Shown: piece by piece, positions 44,949 through 54,536 of the stretch
How positions within the stretch are numbered: the stretch's first letter is position 1
Layout of the letters: every line of letters begins with the position of its first letter
NCBI GenBank assembly: GCA_016196555.1
Contig: JACPXL010000002.1
Coordinates: forward strand, 17,865 to 81,864
Length of the DNA: 64,000 bases
Origin: Candidatus Omnitrophota bacterium
GTDB taxonomy: Bacteria; Omnitrophota; Omnitrophia; Omnitrophales; Aquincolibacteriaceae
Direction of reading: 5' to 3'
Program-made: the position numbers and the translations under genes
Notes under the pieces: model-generated
The model's input: the letters and a program-made list of their open reading frames with translations, nothing else
The model's database searches: none
What the model was told of the DNA's origin: nothing

Positions 44949-44977
44949 ATTTTACAGGGTTAGCGCATATCTGTAAA
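44949..44977 (-). promoter_or_regulatory. recA promoter TTTACA-N17-TAAAAT, overlapped by the inverted repeat TTTACAG-N13-CTGTAAA
   Basis: On the minus strand, the -35 is at 44977-44972 and the -10 at 44954-44949. The 7-bp arms are at 44971-44977 and 44951-44957. Confidence 0.5.
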
Positions 44978-45020
44978 GGCCTGCCTTGCAGCCATTTACC
45001 CGGCTTGAGCAGGATTGAAT

Positions 45021-45281
45021 TTAAGCCGTCGCCGGGGCTTCTTCCTTCAATTTTTGGGCGGTTTTACAAAGCAAATCGACACCCTTTTTCAGTTCCGAAA
45101 GATAATCGATCGGCAGGAAAACCCCCCTTTTGGTTGGCTTTAATGCGCCATCGGCTCCGCTTTGGAACCAAACCCGTAAGTCAATATATTGATTGCCCTT
45201 ATATTGGCTTATGACGATCTGAACGCATTCGTCCGCGCTTTTGGGAAAGGAGTAAATTAGGTGAGTTTGTTCGTCTTCCAT
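45021..45281 (-). CDS. PC4-like (transcriptional coactivator p15 / YdbC-type) ssDNA-binding fold protein
   Basis: VQIVISQYKGNQYIDLRVWFQSGADGALKPTKRGVFLPIDYLSELKKGV parallels the PC4 core F-KG-x-IDIREYW...KPGRKGISL. Start at ATG 45281 with a GAGGGAA SD. Confidence 0.65.
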   Translation of the reverse strand: MEDEQTHLIYSFPKSADECVQIVISQYKGNQYIDLRVWFQSGADGALKPTKRGVFLPIDYLSELKKGVDLLCKTAQKLKEEAPATA

Positions 45282-45329
45282 GGCTGTTCCCTCATGAGGT
45301 TGAGGAAACAAAATCGAGTCGCGCAAAGG

Positions 45330-45357
45330 AATATAGCAAAATTTAATTTTTATGCAA
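45330..45357 (-). promoter_or_regulatory. Sigma70 promoter TTGCAT-N16-TATATT for the PC4-like gene
   Basis: On the minus strand, TTGCAT is at 45357-45352 and TATATT at 45335-45330. The leader is about 40 nt and carries an SD. Confidence 0.5.
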
Positions 45358-45360
45358 TAT

Positions 45361-45380
45361 TTATTATTTTAAAATAATAA
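45361..45380. repeat. Perfect 20-bp AT-only palindrome TTATTATTTTAAAATAATAA
   Basis: It lies 2 nt downstream of the plsY stop and directly upstream of the -35 box of the PC4-like gene. Confidence 0.9.
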
Positions 45381-45382
45381 GG

Positions 45383-45994
45383 TCAAAAAAGGCGTTTTTC
45401 CTCACCTTTTATCAGGCGGGTAATGTTTGCGCGATGAGTATAAAAAATAAACCCGGCAAGTAAGAGGCTTGTCCCGAAAAGCCAAGCAAAATTTTCGATG
45501 TGGCGGTCTGTTAGACAAAGGACAATGGGAAAGACAAGAGCAGCGACAAGTGAGGAAATAGAAATAATATGACTGATGATAAAAACTGCAATCCACACTC
45601 CAAAAGTAATTAGAGTCGGTTTCAAAGCGAGAGCCATGAAAACTCCTAACGACGTTGCAACGCCTTTACCGCCGCGAAAACGCAGCCACACCGGGAAGGT
45701 ATGTCCCAAAATGACAGCGATGCCTAAAAAAAGTTTGATTAAAGAAAAACCCGCGGGTTCTCCTAAAATTGTCACCAGGTGAACAGCGAAATAACCTTTG
45801 AGCGCATCTAAAATAAAAACTGAAATTCCCCACGGTTTTCCAACGACTCGAAAAACATTGGTGGCGCCGATGTTGCGGCTTCCCGATTCCCGAATATCAA
45901 TCCCCTTCACCAATTTTCCCGTCAAAAAGCCAAAAGGAATCGAGCCGATAAAATAAGCCGCAAGGATAAAAACCAAAATTTGATTAATCGCCAT
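45383..45994 (-). CDS. plsY: Glycerol-3-phosphate acyltransferase PlsY
   Basis: YFIGSIPFG, GSRNIGATNVFR, and FRGGKGVAT motifs. Confidence 0.93.
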   Translation of the reverse strand: MAINQILVFILAAYFIGSIPFGFLTGKLVKGIDIRESGSRNIGATNVFRVVGKPWGISVFILDALKGYFAVHLVTILGEPAGFSLIKLFLGIAVILGHTFPVWLRFRGGKGVATSLGVFMALALKPTLITFGVWIAVFIISHIISISSLVAALVFPIVLCLTDRHIENFAWLFGTSLLLAGFIFYTHRANITRLIKGEEKRLF

Positions 45995-46535
45995 TTTTTA
46001 AAAGTCTCAATTCTCTAAAACTGTAGTTAAGGACTGAAAGAATACTGCAAACTGCCATCAAATAATAAAGAGGAACGGCCCCCTCCCATTCTGCCAGAAT
46101 GGCAATCAGCGAAACCATTTGCAGGGCCGTGGTTGTCTTCCCCAAAAAATTGGGTTGGATTCTCAACCGGCCGGAAATCAAAAAGATAACAATCATTCCC
46201 ATCACAATTACAACGTCGCGGAAGACAATCGTTACCGTAATCCAAAGCGGCGGATGGAGAGGAAATTTTTGAACAAAAAGAAGACCTAAGTAGCCACTGA
46301 GAAGCAGCAGCTTATCGGCCAGAGGATCGAGAAAACGTCCTAGCTCCGTTCGTTTGTGCCAGGCTCGTGCAATAAAACCATCTAGGGCATCGGTAAAGGA
46401 GGCCACCATCAGAATAGCAAGAGCCCACCACCTGTAAGTTTCATTGCCGGTGGATGCGTCGTAAGAAACCAAAGCCGTGAAAAAAAACGGAATTAGAAAA
46501 ATGCGGAATAATGTGATGAAATTGGGAATACTCAA
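45984..46535 (-). CDS. pgsA: CDP-alcohol phosphatidyltransferase (PgsA-like)
   Basis: DALDGFIAR...G..LDPLADKLL signature and multiple TM helices. Confidence 0.85.
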   Translation of the reverse strand: MSIPNFITLFRIFLIPFFFTALVSYDASTGNETYRWWALAILMVASFTDALDGFIARAWHKRTELGRFLDPLADKLLLLSGYLGLLFVQKFPLHPPLWITVTIVFRDVVIVMGMIVIFLISGRLRIQPNFLGKTTTALQMVSLIAILAEWEGAVPLYYLMAVCSILSVLNYSFRELRLLKNGD

Positions 46536-49500
46536 GCGGTAACGGTATCGCTCTGAGGATTTCGATTCTCGGTGGGTTTGTTTTGCAAATAGTCAGGCAG
46601 CGGCGTATTAGGATTGACCTTCACAGAAACCAGCCGTGAGACGCCGGCTTCCTGCATGGTCACGCCGAACAAGGAATCGCCCATGGCAATGGTCTTACGA
46701 TTATGCGTGACAATAATAAACTGGCTTAATTCAAGGAAAGTTCTCAAAACAGTCAAGAACCGGTCAATATTTGCTTCGTCGAGCGGGGCGTCGACTTCGT
46801 CCAAGACGCAGAAGGGTGAAGGCTTGATTTTAAACAGAGAGAATAAAAGGGCAATCGCCGTTAGCGCTTTTTCCCCGCCGGAGAGCAGAGTGATATGCGT
46901 TAATTTCTTGCCCGGAGGCCGGACGACGATATCAATGCCGGATTCGAGCGGATTAGTTTCATCCACTAAAATAAGGCGCGCTTCGCCGCCGCGAAATAAA
47001 ATCTGATAATACTCTTTAAATGTTTCTTGGACTTTGGTAAAGGTTTCTTCAAAAAGACCTTTGGTGGTTCGATTGATTTTGCGAATGGCTTCAAGCAAGG
47101 ACTCGCGCGAATCTTCCAAATCCTTTTTCTGTGTGCTCAAAAAGTCATAGCGCTGTTTTAATTCATCATATTCTTCGATGGCAAGCAGATTAACGGTGCC
47201 CAGACCTTCGACTTTTTGACGTAGAGCATCGATTTGCTGATTGAGGCTTTCTAAGGTCAGGTCTTCACCCAGAGCATAACTCTCTGCGCTTAATTGCTTC
47301 AAATCAAGACGATAGGTTTGTTCCAGGCGTTCATAGATATTTTTTTCTTTATAAGTAAGGTCCATGGTCGACATTTCCAAGGCATGGGATTTTTCATTCA
47401 CAACCTGCTTTTGCTGCGATAAATCCTGCAAGCTTTCCTGGAGCTTCGTCAGGCGGGCATCGATTTCTGCGCGTTCCTGACGGATTAATTCGAGGGACAC
47501 GTCAACGATGCGCAAAGAATCTTCAAATTGTAATGTCTGAGTGCCAATTTCTTCATCGTGCTGAGCGAGTTGCTGCTCGGTCTCAAGAATCCTTGCGTCT
47601 TCGGCATTGAGAAATTGCTGGCGGTCTTTGCTTCTCTGCTGATGAGCTTCCAGCAAGCTCAGGGTATCTTCAATTAAAATTCCACGTTCTTTCATGCTTT
47701 CAAGGCGTGTTTTATAGGAAGAAATTCTTTGCAGAGCTTCATCTTTTTTCTGGCCAAAGGCTTCTAATTCTTGAAAGAAATTTTCCTGCTGAAGGCGAAT
47801 GGAACGATCAGCCTCTTCAAATTTGCGAAGCTCTAGCTCAAGGCGCGTACGTTCTTCAACCGTGTGCTGGCGCTGCTGATCGACATCTTGATTTTCAATC
47901 GCTAAAAGTTCAATTTCACGTTCATAGGAAACCAAGCGGTCCTTGACTCCGCGGCTCATGGATTCGAAGGATTCTCGCTGAATGGCGGCATCCATCTGGG
48001 CTGCTTCGATTTCAGGAATTCGACTTTTAATTTGAACAAAACTTTGACGCAGGGATTCCCGTTCGGACTCTACCCCGCTTTTCTTTTGCTTTGATTGGAC
48101 AATTTCGTCTTTTAATGAATTTATTTCAGCGCCCCGCTTAAAGGTATTGGTTTCTGAAGAATTTTTTCCGGAAGAATAAAAAATCCGTCCCTGAGGGCCA
48201 AAGACCCAGCCATTTTTTGAAATGAAAGTATTTTTCTGGGCCATGGGAAGGATGGTCGCAAAATCATCGGCATCAATATCATCAAGGAGAAAAACTTGGT
48301 CCAAAAACGGGTCGAGCAGATCTTTATATTCAGGTTTGATTGCGGCCACATTGCGCAATGTTTTTTTAATTTTCGAGTGTGATGGCATGTTCTCAGCCTT
48401 AGGTGTGCCTTTTTGCGAGGCATCGCGAATCAATAAACCGACGGATGAAGACTGTTTTTCAAGAAGCGAGAATAGATGTTTTGCAGTTTCGAGGTCATTC
48501 ACAATTAAAGATTGGGCATAAGCGCCAAGACAAGACTCAAGCGCTAGCTCGTAACCTTCCTGGACCGTAAAAATTTCTCTCATGGCCCGGACCAAATTAT
48601 GGCCCAGGGATTGTGACTGCTGGAGAAGATGCTCAATATCAGTTCCTGAGGCCCGGTCAATTTCCTTCAACATGTTGAGACGGGTTTCTTTTTCGTGAAG
48701 AAGGCGCTCGAGCTGCGTGATCTCTTCGCTTAATTTTTCGAGCTTTTTATTGGTCTCAGAACTTTGATTTTCGCAGAATGTCTTTTCCTGCTGCAAATCA
48801 GCGGCTTTTTTTGAAAAATTGTTGATTTCCTGAATGTATCGCTGTTCTTTTTCAGTCCAGCCCTGAATTTCACGCTGGAATCGGAGAACACCGGCTTCCT
48901 GTTTTTTCTGATGCTCTTCCGTAGTTTCCAGAAAAGCAGCCATGCGATGAAGTTCATTACGCACTTTGCTCAGAGACGCAGCGGTTTCAAAGACTTCTGC
49001 TTTTGTGGCCTCTAAAAGCTGGCGGATTTTTTGAATGTCCCCTTCGAGCGAGAGCAAACGTGCTTCCTCAAGTTTTAGATTTTCCCCACTGCCTTGTCTT
49101 TCTTTTTCAATGCTGGCGAGCTCATTGCGTTTTTCATCTGCCTCAAGTTGATTTTTTTGAAGCTGTTCTTCAAGATTTACTTTTTCTTGAGTGATTTCCC
49201 CTTGACGAACATGCAATGTCTTGCGCTTTTCCTGGTTGAAACGGAGCTGTTGTTTATTTTGATCAAGCTGAGAACGAAGTTCGTAACGCTGACCTTCCGC
49301 TGAAGACTGGCGGTCGGAAATTTCCCGCAACGCACGGGTTGCTTCCTGATGCCCTGATTGAATATTCGATAGGCCTTCTTCGATGGCCAGAATTTTCGTT
49401 TTCAGAACTTCGAGCTGTTTTTCCTGGTCAAGTTTTTGCTGGCCTAAATTATTTAAATCATAAAAGGCCTTGCGGATTTCCAGATCTTTGAGTTTTTCTA

Positions 49501-50155
49501 ATTGTTCCTTGTAACGTTCTGCGCGGCGCGCCTGGCGCTCGGCATATTGAATATTGCGTTCGACTTCATGGACAATATCTTTTAGGCGGAGAAGATTTTC
49601 TTCCGTTCGTTCGAGTTTGCGTATAGCCTCTTCTTTTTTGACTTTATATTTTGAAATTCCAGCGGCTTCCTCGATCAAGAACCGGCGCTCATCGGCATCG
49701 GCATTGAGAATGTAATCAATCCGGCCCTGTTCAATCATGGAATAAGAACTGGAACCAATCCCGGTATCGAGAATCAAATCCTGTATATCTTTGAGGCGGC
49801 AGAGGGTTTTATTGATTAAATATTCACTTTCGCCGGAGCGGTAAAGGCGGCGCGTGATGGTCACTTCCTGATAATCAATGGGAAGGCCGCGGTCGGTATT
49901 ATCAATAGTAAGAGAAACCTCGGCGAAGGCGACGGATTTGCGAAAGTCGGTCCCGCTAAAAATCACGTCCTCCATTTTGGAGCCGCGCAGCAGCTTGGCG
50001 CTCCGCTCGCCAAGCACCCAGCGTATGGAATCGGAAATATTACTTTTACCGCAGCCGTTAGGGCCGACGATGCAAGTCACGCCTTGGTCGAAAATGATTT
50101 CTGTTTTGTCTGCGAAGGATTTAAAACCAAAAACTTCGAGTTTTTTCAGGCGCAT
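46532..50155 (-). CDS. smc: Chromosome partition protein SMC
   Basis: 1207 aa. N-terminal Walker A GPNGCGKSN, long coiled coils, a hinge, and a C-terminal LSGGEKALTAIALLF signature plus Walker B FCVLDEVDAPLD. Confidence 0.97.
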   Translation of the reverse strand: MRLKKLEVFGFKSFADKTEIIFDQGVTCIVGPNGCGKSNISDSIRWVLGERSAKLLRGSKMEDVIFSGTDFRKSVAFAEVSLTIDNTDRGLPIDYQEVTITRRLYRSGESEYLINKTLCRLKDIQDLILDTGIGSSSYSMIEQGRIDYILNADADERRFLIEEAAGISKYKVKKEEAIRKLERTEENLLRLKDIVHEVERNIQYAERQARRAERYKEQLEKLKDLEIRKAFYDLNNLGQQKLDQEKQLEVLKTKILAIEEGLSNIQSGHQEATRALREISDRQSSAEGQRYELRSQLDQNKQQLRFNQEKRKTLHVRQGEITQEKVNLEEQLQKNQLEADEKRNELASIEKERQGSGENLKLEEARLLSLEGDIQKIRQLLEATKAEVFETAASLSKVRNELHRMAAFLETTEEHQKKQEAGVLRFQREIQGWTEKEQRYIQEINNFSKKAADLQQEKTFCENQSSETNKKLEKLSEEITQLERLLHEKETRLNMLKEIDRASGTDIEHLLQQSQSLGHNLVRAMREIFTVQEGYELALESCLGAYAQSLIVNDLETAKHLFSLLEKQSSSVGLLIRDASQKGTPKAENMPSHSKIKKTLRNVAAIKPEYKDLLDPFLDQVFLLDDIDADDFATILPMAQKNTFISKNGWVFGPQGRIFYSSGKNSSETNTFKRGAEINSLKDEIVQSKQKKSGVESERESLRQSFVQIKSRIPEIEAAQMDAAIQRESFESMSRGVKDRLVSYEREIELLAIENQDVDQQRQHTVEERTRLELELRKFEEADRSIRLQQENFFQELEAFGQKKDEALQRISSYKTRLESMKERGILIEDTLSLLEAHQQRSKDRQQFLNAEDARILETEQQLAQHDEEIGTQTLQFEDSLRIVDVSLELIRQERAEIDARLTKLQESLQDLSQQKQVVNEKSHALEMSTMDLTYKEKNIYERLEQTYRLDLKQLSAESYALGEDLTLESLNQQIDALRQKVEGLGTVNLLAIEEYDELKQRYDFLSTQKKDLEDSRESLLEAIRKINRTTKGLFEETFTKVQETFKEYYQILFRGGEARLILVDETNPLESGIDIVVRPPGKKLTHITLLSGGEKALTAIALLFSLFKIKPSPFCVLDEVDAPLDEANIDRFLTVLRTFLELSQFIIVTHNRKTIAMGDSLFGVTMQEAGVSRLVSVKVNPNTPLPDYLQNKPTENRNPQSDTVTA

Positions 50156-50272
50156 GAACGGGAAAATCTCCGGGAAGCATGATTTGTCGACGAAAAATTT
50201 ATCGACAGTATTTTTTCGACAATACGGCGGGAAATCTTAAGGAAGTATTGTACCGATAGGCTCTGAGACGGC

Positions 50273-51520
50273 CTACTCATCAAAAGCCTTAAGGACTATG
50301 CAGGCATTATGCCCGCCAAATCCCAGGGAATTTGAGACGGCAACGCGGACACGGTGTTTTTGTGCTTCATTGGGGACATAATCTAAATCACAGTCGGGAT
50401 CCGGATGTTTGTAATTAATGGTCGGAGGAATCAAGCCGTCACGAATCGAAAGAATACAGACAATGGCTTCGATGGCCCCCGCAGCGCCGAGCAAATGTCC
50501 GGTCATTGATTTTGTAGAACTGATTTTGAGCTTTTTGGCCACGGCTTCAGTAAACGCTTTCTTGATGGCAATGGTCTCAACTTTATCATTGAGAGGTGTT
50601 GAAGTGCCGTGGGCATTGAGATAATCGACGTCTTGGGGCTTGATATTGGCGTCCTTCAAGGCATTGACCATACACCGGGCTGCCCCCTCCCCGCTTGGAT
50701 CCGGAGCTGTAATGTGACTGGCATCGGAAGTCATTCCATAGCCCGCCATTTCCGCATAAATGCGCGCATTGCGCTTTTTAGCATGGTCGAGTGATTCCAA
50801 AATAATGACGCCGCATCCCTCCGACATAACAAAACCATTTCGGGTCCGGTCAAACGGACGTGATGCCTGCTCGGGAGGATCATTATGAGTGCTTAACGCC
50901 TTCATCGCATCAAATCCCCCAAATCCCAAAGGGGTAATACAGGATTCAGTTCCGCCAGCCAGCATGACATCAGCTTCGCCTCGTTGAATAAGTTTATAGG
51001 CATCTCCAATGGCATTGGATCCGGTTGCGCAAGCAGTGGCCACACAATTATTAGGGCCTTTAAAGCCAAATGAAATGGAAATCTGCCCAGGCGCCATATT
51101 GACAATCAGCATGGGAATCAGAAACGGAGAAACGCGGCTCGGACCTTTTTCGAGGAGAATTTTATGCTGTTCTTCGATGACGCGTAATCCGCCGATTCCG
51201 GAACCCACCAAAACACCAACCCGGTAAGGATCTTCCTTTTTTGGATCAAGGTGAGCGTCTTCCACGGCCATTTTCGCAGCGGCAACGGCAAATTGAACAA
51301 ACCGGTCGCTCTTTTTGATTTCTTTTGGAGTGAAATATTTGGTGGGATCAAAACCTTTTACTTCGCCGGCAACTTTGGAATTGAATCCGTTAGGATCAAT
51401 TTGAGATAGGCGTCCTATCCCGCTTTTGCCTTTAAGAAGGGCTTGCCAGGAATCTTCGGAATTATTAGCGACGGGGTTGATCATTCCAACCCCGGTAACA
51501 ACAACGCGGGTCATATTCAC
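50273..51520 (-). CDS. fabF: Beta-ketoacyl-ACP synthase II
   Basis: Active-site ATACATG, HGTSTP, and GFGGHN motifs. Confidence 0.96.
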   Translation of the reverse strand: MNMTRVVVTGVGMINPVANNSEDSWQALLKGKSGIGRLSQIDPNGFNSKVAGEVKGFDPTKYFTPKEIKKSDRFVQFAVAAAKMAVEDAHLDPKKEDPYRVGVLVGSGIGGLRVIEEQHKILLEKGPSRVSPFLIPMLIVNMAPGQISISFGFKGPNNCVATACATGSNAIGDAYKLIQRGEADVMLAGGTESCITPLGFGGFDAMKALSTHNDPPEQASRPFDRTRNGFVMSEGCGVIILESLDHAKKRNARIYAEMAGYGMTSDASHITAPDPSGEGAARCMVNALKDANIKPQDVDYLNAHGTSTPLNDKVETIAIKKAFTEAVAKKLKISSTKSMTGHLLGAAGAIEAIVCILSIRDGLIPPTINYKHPDPDCDLDYVPNEAQKHRVRVAVSNSLGFGGHNACIVLKAFDE

Positions 51521-51565
51521 GTAAAATAATTTCGGAAATGAATTATCGGATCGAAAAGGCGAGAG

Positions 51566-51808
51566 TTATTTATTCGATCCAGCTTTTTCTTCGATATATC
51601 GAATCGCATCGCCTACGGTCTGGATCTTTTCGGCATCTTCGTCAGGAATTTCAATCCCGAACTCTTCTTCAAGTGCCATCACAAGTTCTACCGTATCCAG
51701 GGAATCCGCACCCAGATCGTCCACAAATGAAGCTTCAGGGACTACTTCCTCGGGTTTAACACCCAATTGTTCGACGATGATTTCAGTAATTTTGTCTTGA
51801 ACGGCCAT
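51566..51808 (-). CDS. acpP: Acyl carrier protein
   Basis: [19 protein letters not shown] phosphopantetheine attachment motif. Confidence 0.97.
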   Translation of the reverse strand: MAVQDKITEIIVEQLGVKPEEVVPEASFVDDLGADSLDTVELVMALEEEFGIEIPDEDAEKIQTVGDAIRYIEEKAGSNK

Positions 51809-51862
51809 TGATTCCTCCTGAGTTGATGAATGCTGTTTTACTTTTCCTGCTTAATTCCCTAC

Positions 51863-52603
51863 TCACATCACCATTCCACCGTCTACGATAACGACTTGGC
51901 CGGTGATGTATCGGGCCGCATCTGATGCTAAAAATACGGCCACTTCAGCGATATCTTTAGGCTCCCCGAATCTTCCCAGAGGTATCTGGGTTTTGATCTT
52001 CTCCTGCAAGTCTGCGGGAAGCTTATCGGTCATGCGTGTTTTGATAAAGCCTGGTGCAATCGCATTAACTCGAATATTGCGCTTTGCGACTTCCTTGGCG
52101 ATTGATTTGGTGAGTGCGTTAATCGCTGCCTTTGAGGCTGCGTAATTGGTCTGTCCCGCATTCCCGGTGATTCCGACAACCGAAGAAATATTGATAATAT
52201 TTCCCGATCGCTGCTTGACCATCGCCTTGATACACGCTTTAGTAAATAAAAACGCGCTTTTTAAATTTGTCGAAAGAACGTCGTCCCAATCTTTTTCGGG
52301 CATGAGTGCCAGCAAATTGTCTTTTGTCGTGCCGGCATTGTTGACAAGTATATCCACCTTCCCATAGGTGTCAAGGGCTTTTTTAACAACTTCACTTACT
52401 TCATCTCCAACGCTGGCATTAGCTTGCGTCAAAATGTAAGAAACGTTTCCAAGGCCTTGAATAAGCTTTTCAGAATCCTTCAAATTTTCCAAACTTGAGG
52501 CAGATAAAACAAGTTTCGTGCCATGCTTGGCAAATTCGTAAGCAATGGCTTGGCCGATTCCGCGGCTTGCGCCGGTAATAATTGCAACTTGGTCCTTTAA
52601 CAT
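51863..52603 (-). CDS. fabG: 3-oxoacyl-ACP reductase
   Basis: TGASRGIG, NNAG, and YAASKAA (SDR catalytic YxxxK). Confidence 0.95.
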   Translation of the reverse strand: MLKDQVAIITGASRGIGQAIAYEFAKHGTKLVLSASSLENLKDSEKLIQGLGNVSYILTQANASVGDEVSEVVKKALDTYGKVDILVNNAGTTKDNLLALMPEKDWDDVLSTNLKSAFLFTKACIKAMVKQRSGNIINISSVVGITGNAGQTNYAASKAAINALTKSIAKEVAKRNIRVNAIAPGFIKTRMTDKLPADLQEKIKTQIPLGRFGEPKDIAEVAVFLASDAARYITGQVVIVDGGMVM

Positions 52604-53541
52604 GGCTTCTCGCTTTTCAAATTTTCAGAAACTCGTTGAATGTCTTCTACGGTACCACAGGGTTCCACTTTCAAATTGGGATAACCTTTGCGCGCCAATC
52701 CTTTGAGAACTTTTCCAGGACCGATTTCTAAAAACAGTGATATTCCGGATTCATTGGCCTGCTGCATGGTTTGAGTCCAACGCACAGGGCTGATCAATTG
52801 TTTGGCCAAAAGCTCCCGAATTTTTTCCGGCTCGGAAACCGGTTTTCCAAGAGCATTTGAAATGAAAATGCCCTGCGGCGCTTGAAGCTTTGTTTCTTTT
52901 AATGCTTTTTCCAATTCTTCTTTGGCTTCATTCATTAAGGAAGAATGAAAAGCTCCCCCTACCTTCAGGATAATCGCTCTTTTTGCTCCGCGCTCTTCGG
53001 CCAATGTGCAGGCTTTCTGAATGGTTTCAAGCCGGCCTGAAAGCACGATTTGATCGCTCGCGTTTAAATTGGCAACTTCGCATCCCGCATCGGCAGCAAT
53101 TTGTTCACAATCTTTTTCACTCAAGCCCATAACCGAAGCCATTGTTCCGGGATGTTTTTGCGCGCAAGATTCCATGGCGTTAGCTCGGCGCTGAACCAGC
53201 CGCAATCCGTCTTCGAAAGAAAGGGATCCACTTGCTGCCAGCGCAGTAAATTCTCCTAAACTAAGTCCGGCTGAAAATCCCGGCTGAACGTCAGGGCATT
53301 TTTCGCGCAAAACTGCAAGTGCTGCCATGCTGGCGGTAAAAATGGCGGGCTGGGCATGAAGAGTACGCGTTAGGTCTGTTTCCGGACCTTCAAAACAAAG
53401 TTGGCTGATGGAATATCCCAAAATGGCATCCGCGGTTTGAAAAACTTTTTTTGCGGATGGAAAAGATTCGGCAAGGTCCTTACCCATTCCAACGTATTGG
53501 GCGCCTTGTCCGGGGAAAAGAAAGCCAAGCTTGAATGGCAT
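52597..53541 (-). CDS. fabD: Malonyl-CoA-ACP transacylase
   Basis: FLFPGQGAQYVGMG and GLSLGEF (active-site Ser). Start at ATG 53541. Confidence 0.93.
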   Translation of the reverse strand: MPFKLGFLFPGQGAQYVGMGKDLAESFPSAKKVFQTADAILGYSISQLCFEGPETDLTRTLHAQPAIFTASMAALAVLREKCPDVQPGFSAGLSLGEFTALAASGSLSFEDGLRLVQRRANAMESCAQKHPGTMASVMGLSEKDCEQIAADAGCEVANLNASDQIVLSGRLETIQKACTLAEERGAKRAIILKVGGAFHSSLMNEAKEELEKALKETKLQAPQGIFISNALGKPVSEPEKIRELLAKQLISPVRWTQTMQQANESGISLFLEIGPGKVLKGLARKGYPNLKVEPCGTVEDIQRVSENLKSEKPC

Positions 53542-53546
53542 AAAAT

Positions 53547-54536
53547 TTACCAGTGAATCAATGTCGAGGCCCACGTCAAACCTCCGCCAAAGGCCACGAG
53601 CACGACCTTAGAGCCTTTTTTGATTTTTCCACTTTTAACCGCTTCATAAAATGCCACAATGGTTGAAGCGCTCGACATATTTCCATAACGTTCAACATTG
53701 ATGAAAATTTTTTCAATCGGAATTTCCAACCGTTCGGCAACAGCCTGAAGAATTCTCATATTGGCCTGATGCGGGATCAGGCAGTCAATGTCCCGGACGG
53801 TCAAATTCCCCTTCTTGAGAACTTCGCGTACGGCAAGCTCCATGGTCCGCACGGCTACTTTGAAAACTTCAGAACCCTGCATTTTTAAAAAATGCATTTT
53901 GTTTTGAAGAGTTTCCGCAGAAGGTGGGAACATCGATCCCCCGGCGGGCAGCTGCAAGATGTCCGCTTGTGAACCATCGGAACCTAAATAAGTGGCGATG
54001 ATACCGTGTCCGTCGCTGGACCTGGAAACCACGGCCGCGCCGGCGCCGTCTCCGAAAAGAACACAGGTTGAGCGGTCCGTCCAATCGATAAATCCGGAAA
54101 GAACTTCACTGCCAACAACGAGAATATTTTTATATTGTCCCGAACGAATAAAAGCATCGGCAACAGAAAGAGCGTAGGTGAAGCCCGAGCAAGCAGCCGC
54201 CATGTCAAAAGCACCGCATTTGGCGCCGAGTTTATGCTGAATATAGCAAGCCGTGGAAGGAAAAAGCATATCGGGCGTGATCGTGGCCACGATAATTAAA
54301 TCTAAATCTTCCGGTTTTAATTTTGCATTGCGAAGGGCTTCTTCGGCTGCGCGCACACCCAAATCGCTGGCGCTTTGGCCTTTTGCGGCAATATGCCGCT
54401 CGCGGATTCCGGTACGCGTTTGAATCCACTCATCGGTGGTATCCACCATTTTTTCCAAATCAAGATTGGTAAGAATTTTTTCTGGGATATAGGCGCCCAA
54501 CCCGCTAATTGCGACTTGATAGCCTTGGGAAGACAT
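53547..54536 (-). CDS. fabH: Beta-ketoacyl-ACP synthase III
   Basis: AACSGF (active-site Cys), PHQAN, and GNMSSAS motifs. Confidence 0.95.
   Translation of the reverse strand: MSSQGYQVAISGLGAYIPEKILTNLDLEKMVDTTDEWIQTRTGIRERHIAAKGQSASDLGVRAAEEALRNAKLKPEDLDLIIVATITPDMLFPSTACYIQHKLGAKCGAFDMAAACSGFTYALSVADAFIRSGQYKNILVVGSEVLSGFIDWTDRSTCVLFGDGAGAAVVSRSSDGHGIIATYLGSDGSQADILQLPAGGSMFPPSAETLQNKMHFLKMQGSEVFKVAVRTMELAVREVLKKGNLTVRDIDCLIPHQANMRILQAVAERLEIPIEKIFINVERYGNMSSASTIVAFYEAVKSGKIKKGSKVVLVAFGGGLTWASTLIHW

Noticed and set aside
50183-50221. The DnaA-box-like 9-mers upstream of smc, considered as a replication origin.
   Set aside because: All copies carry G at the conserved position 6, and no dnaA or dnaN is nearby. 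The window's gene-orientation pattern and dif-like site point to the terminus rather than the origin.
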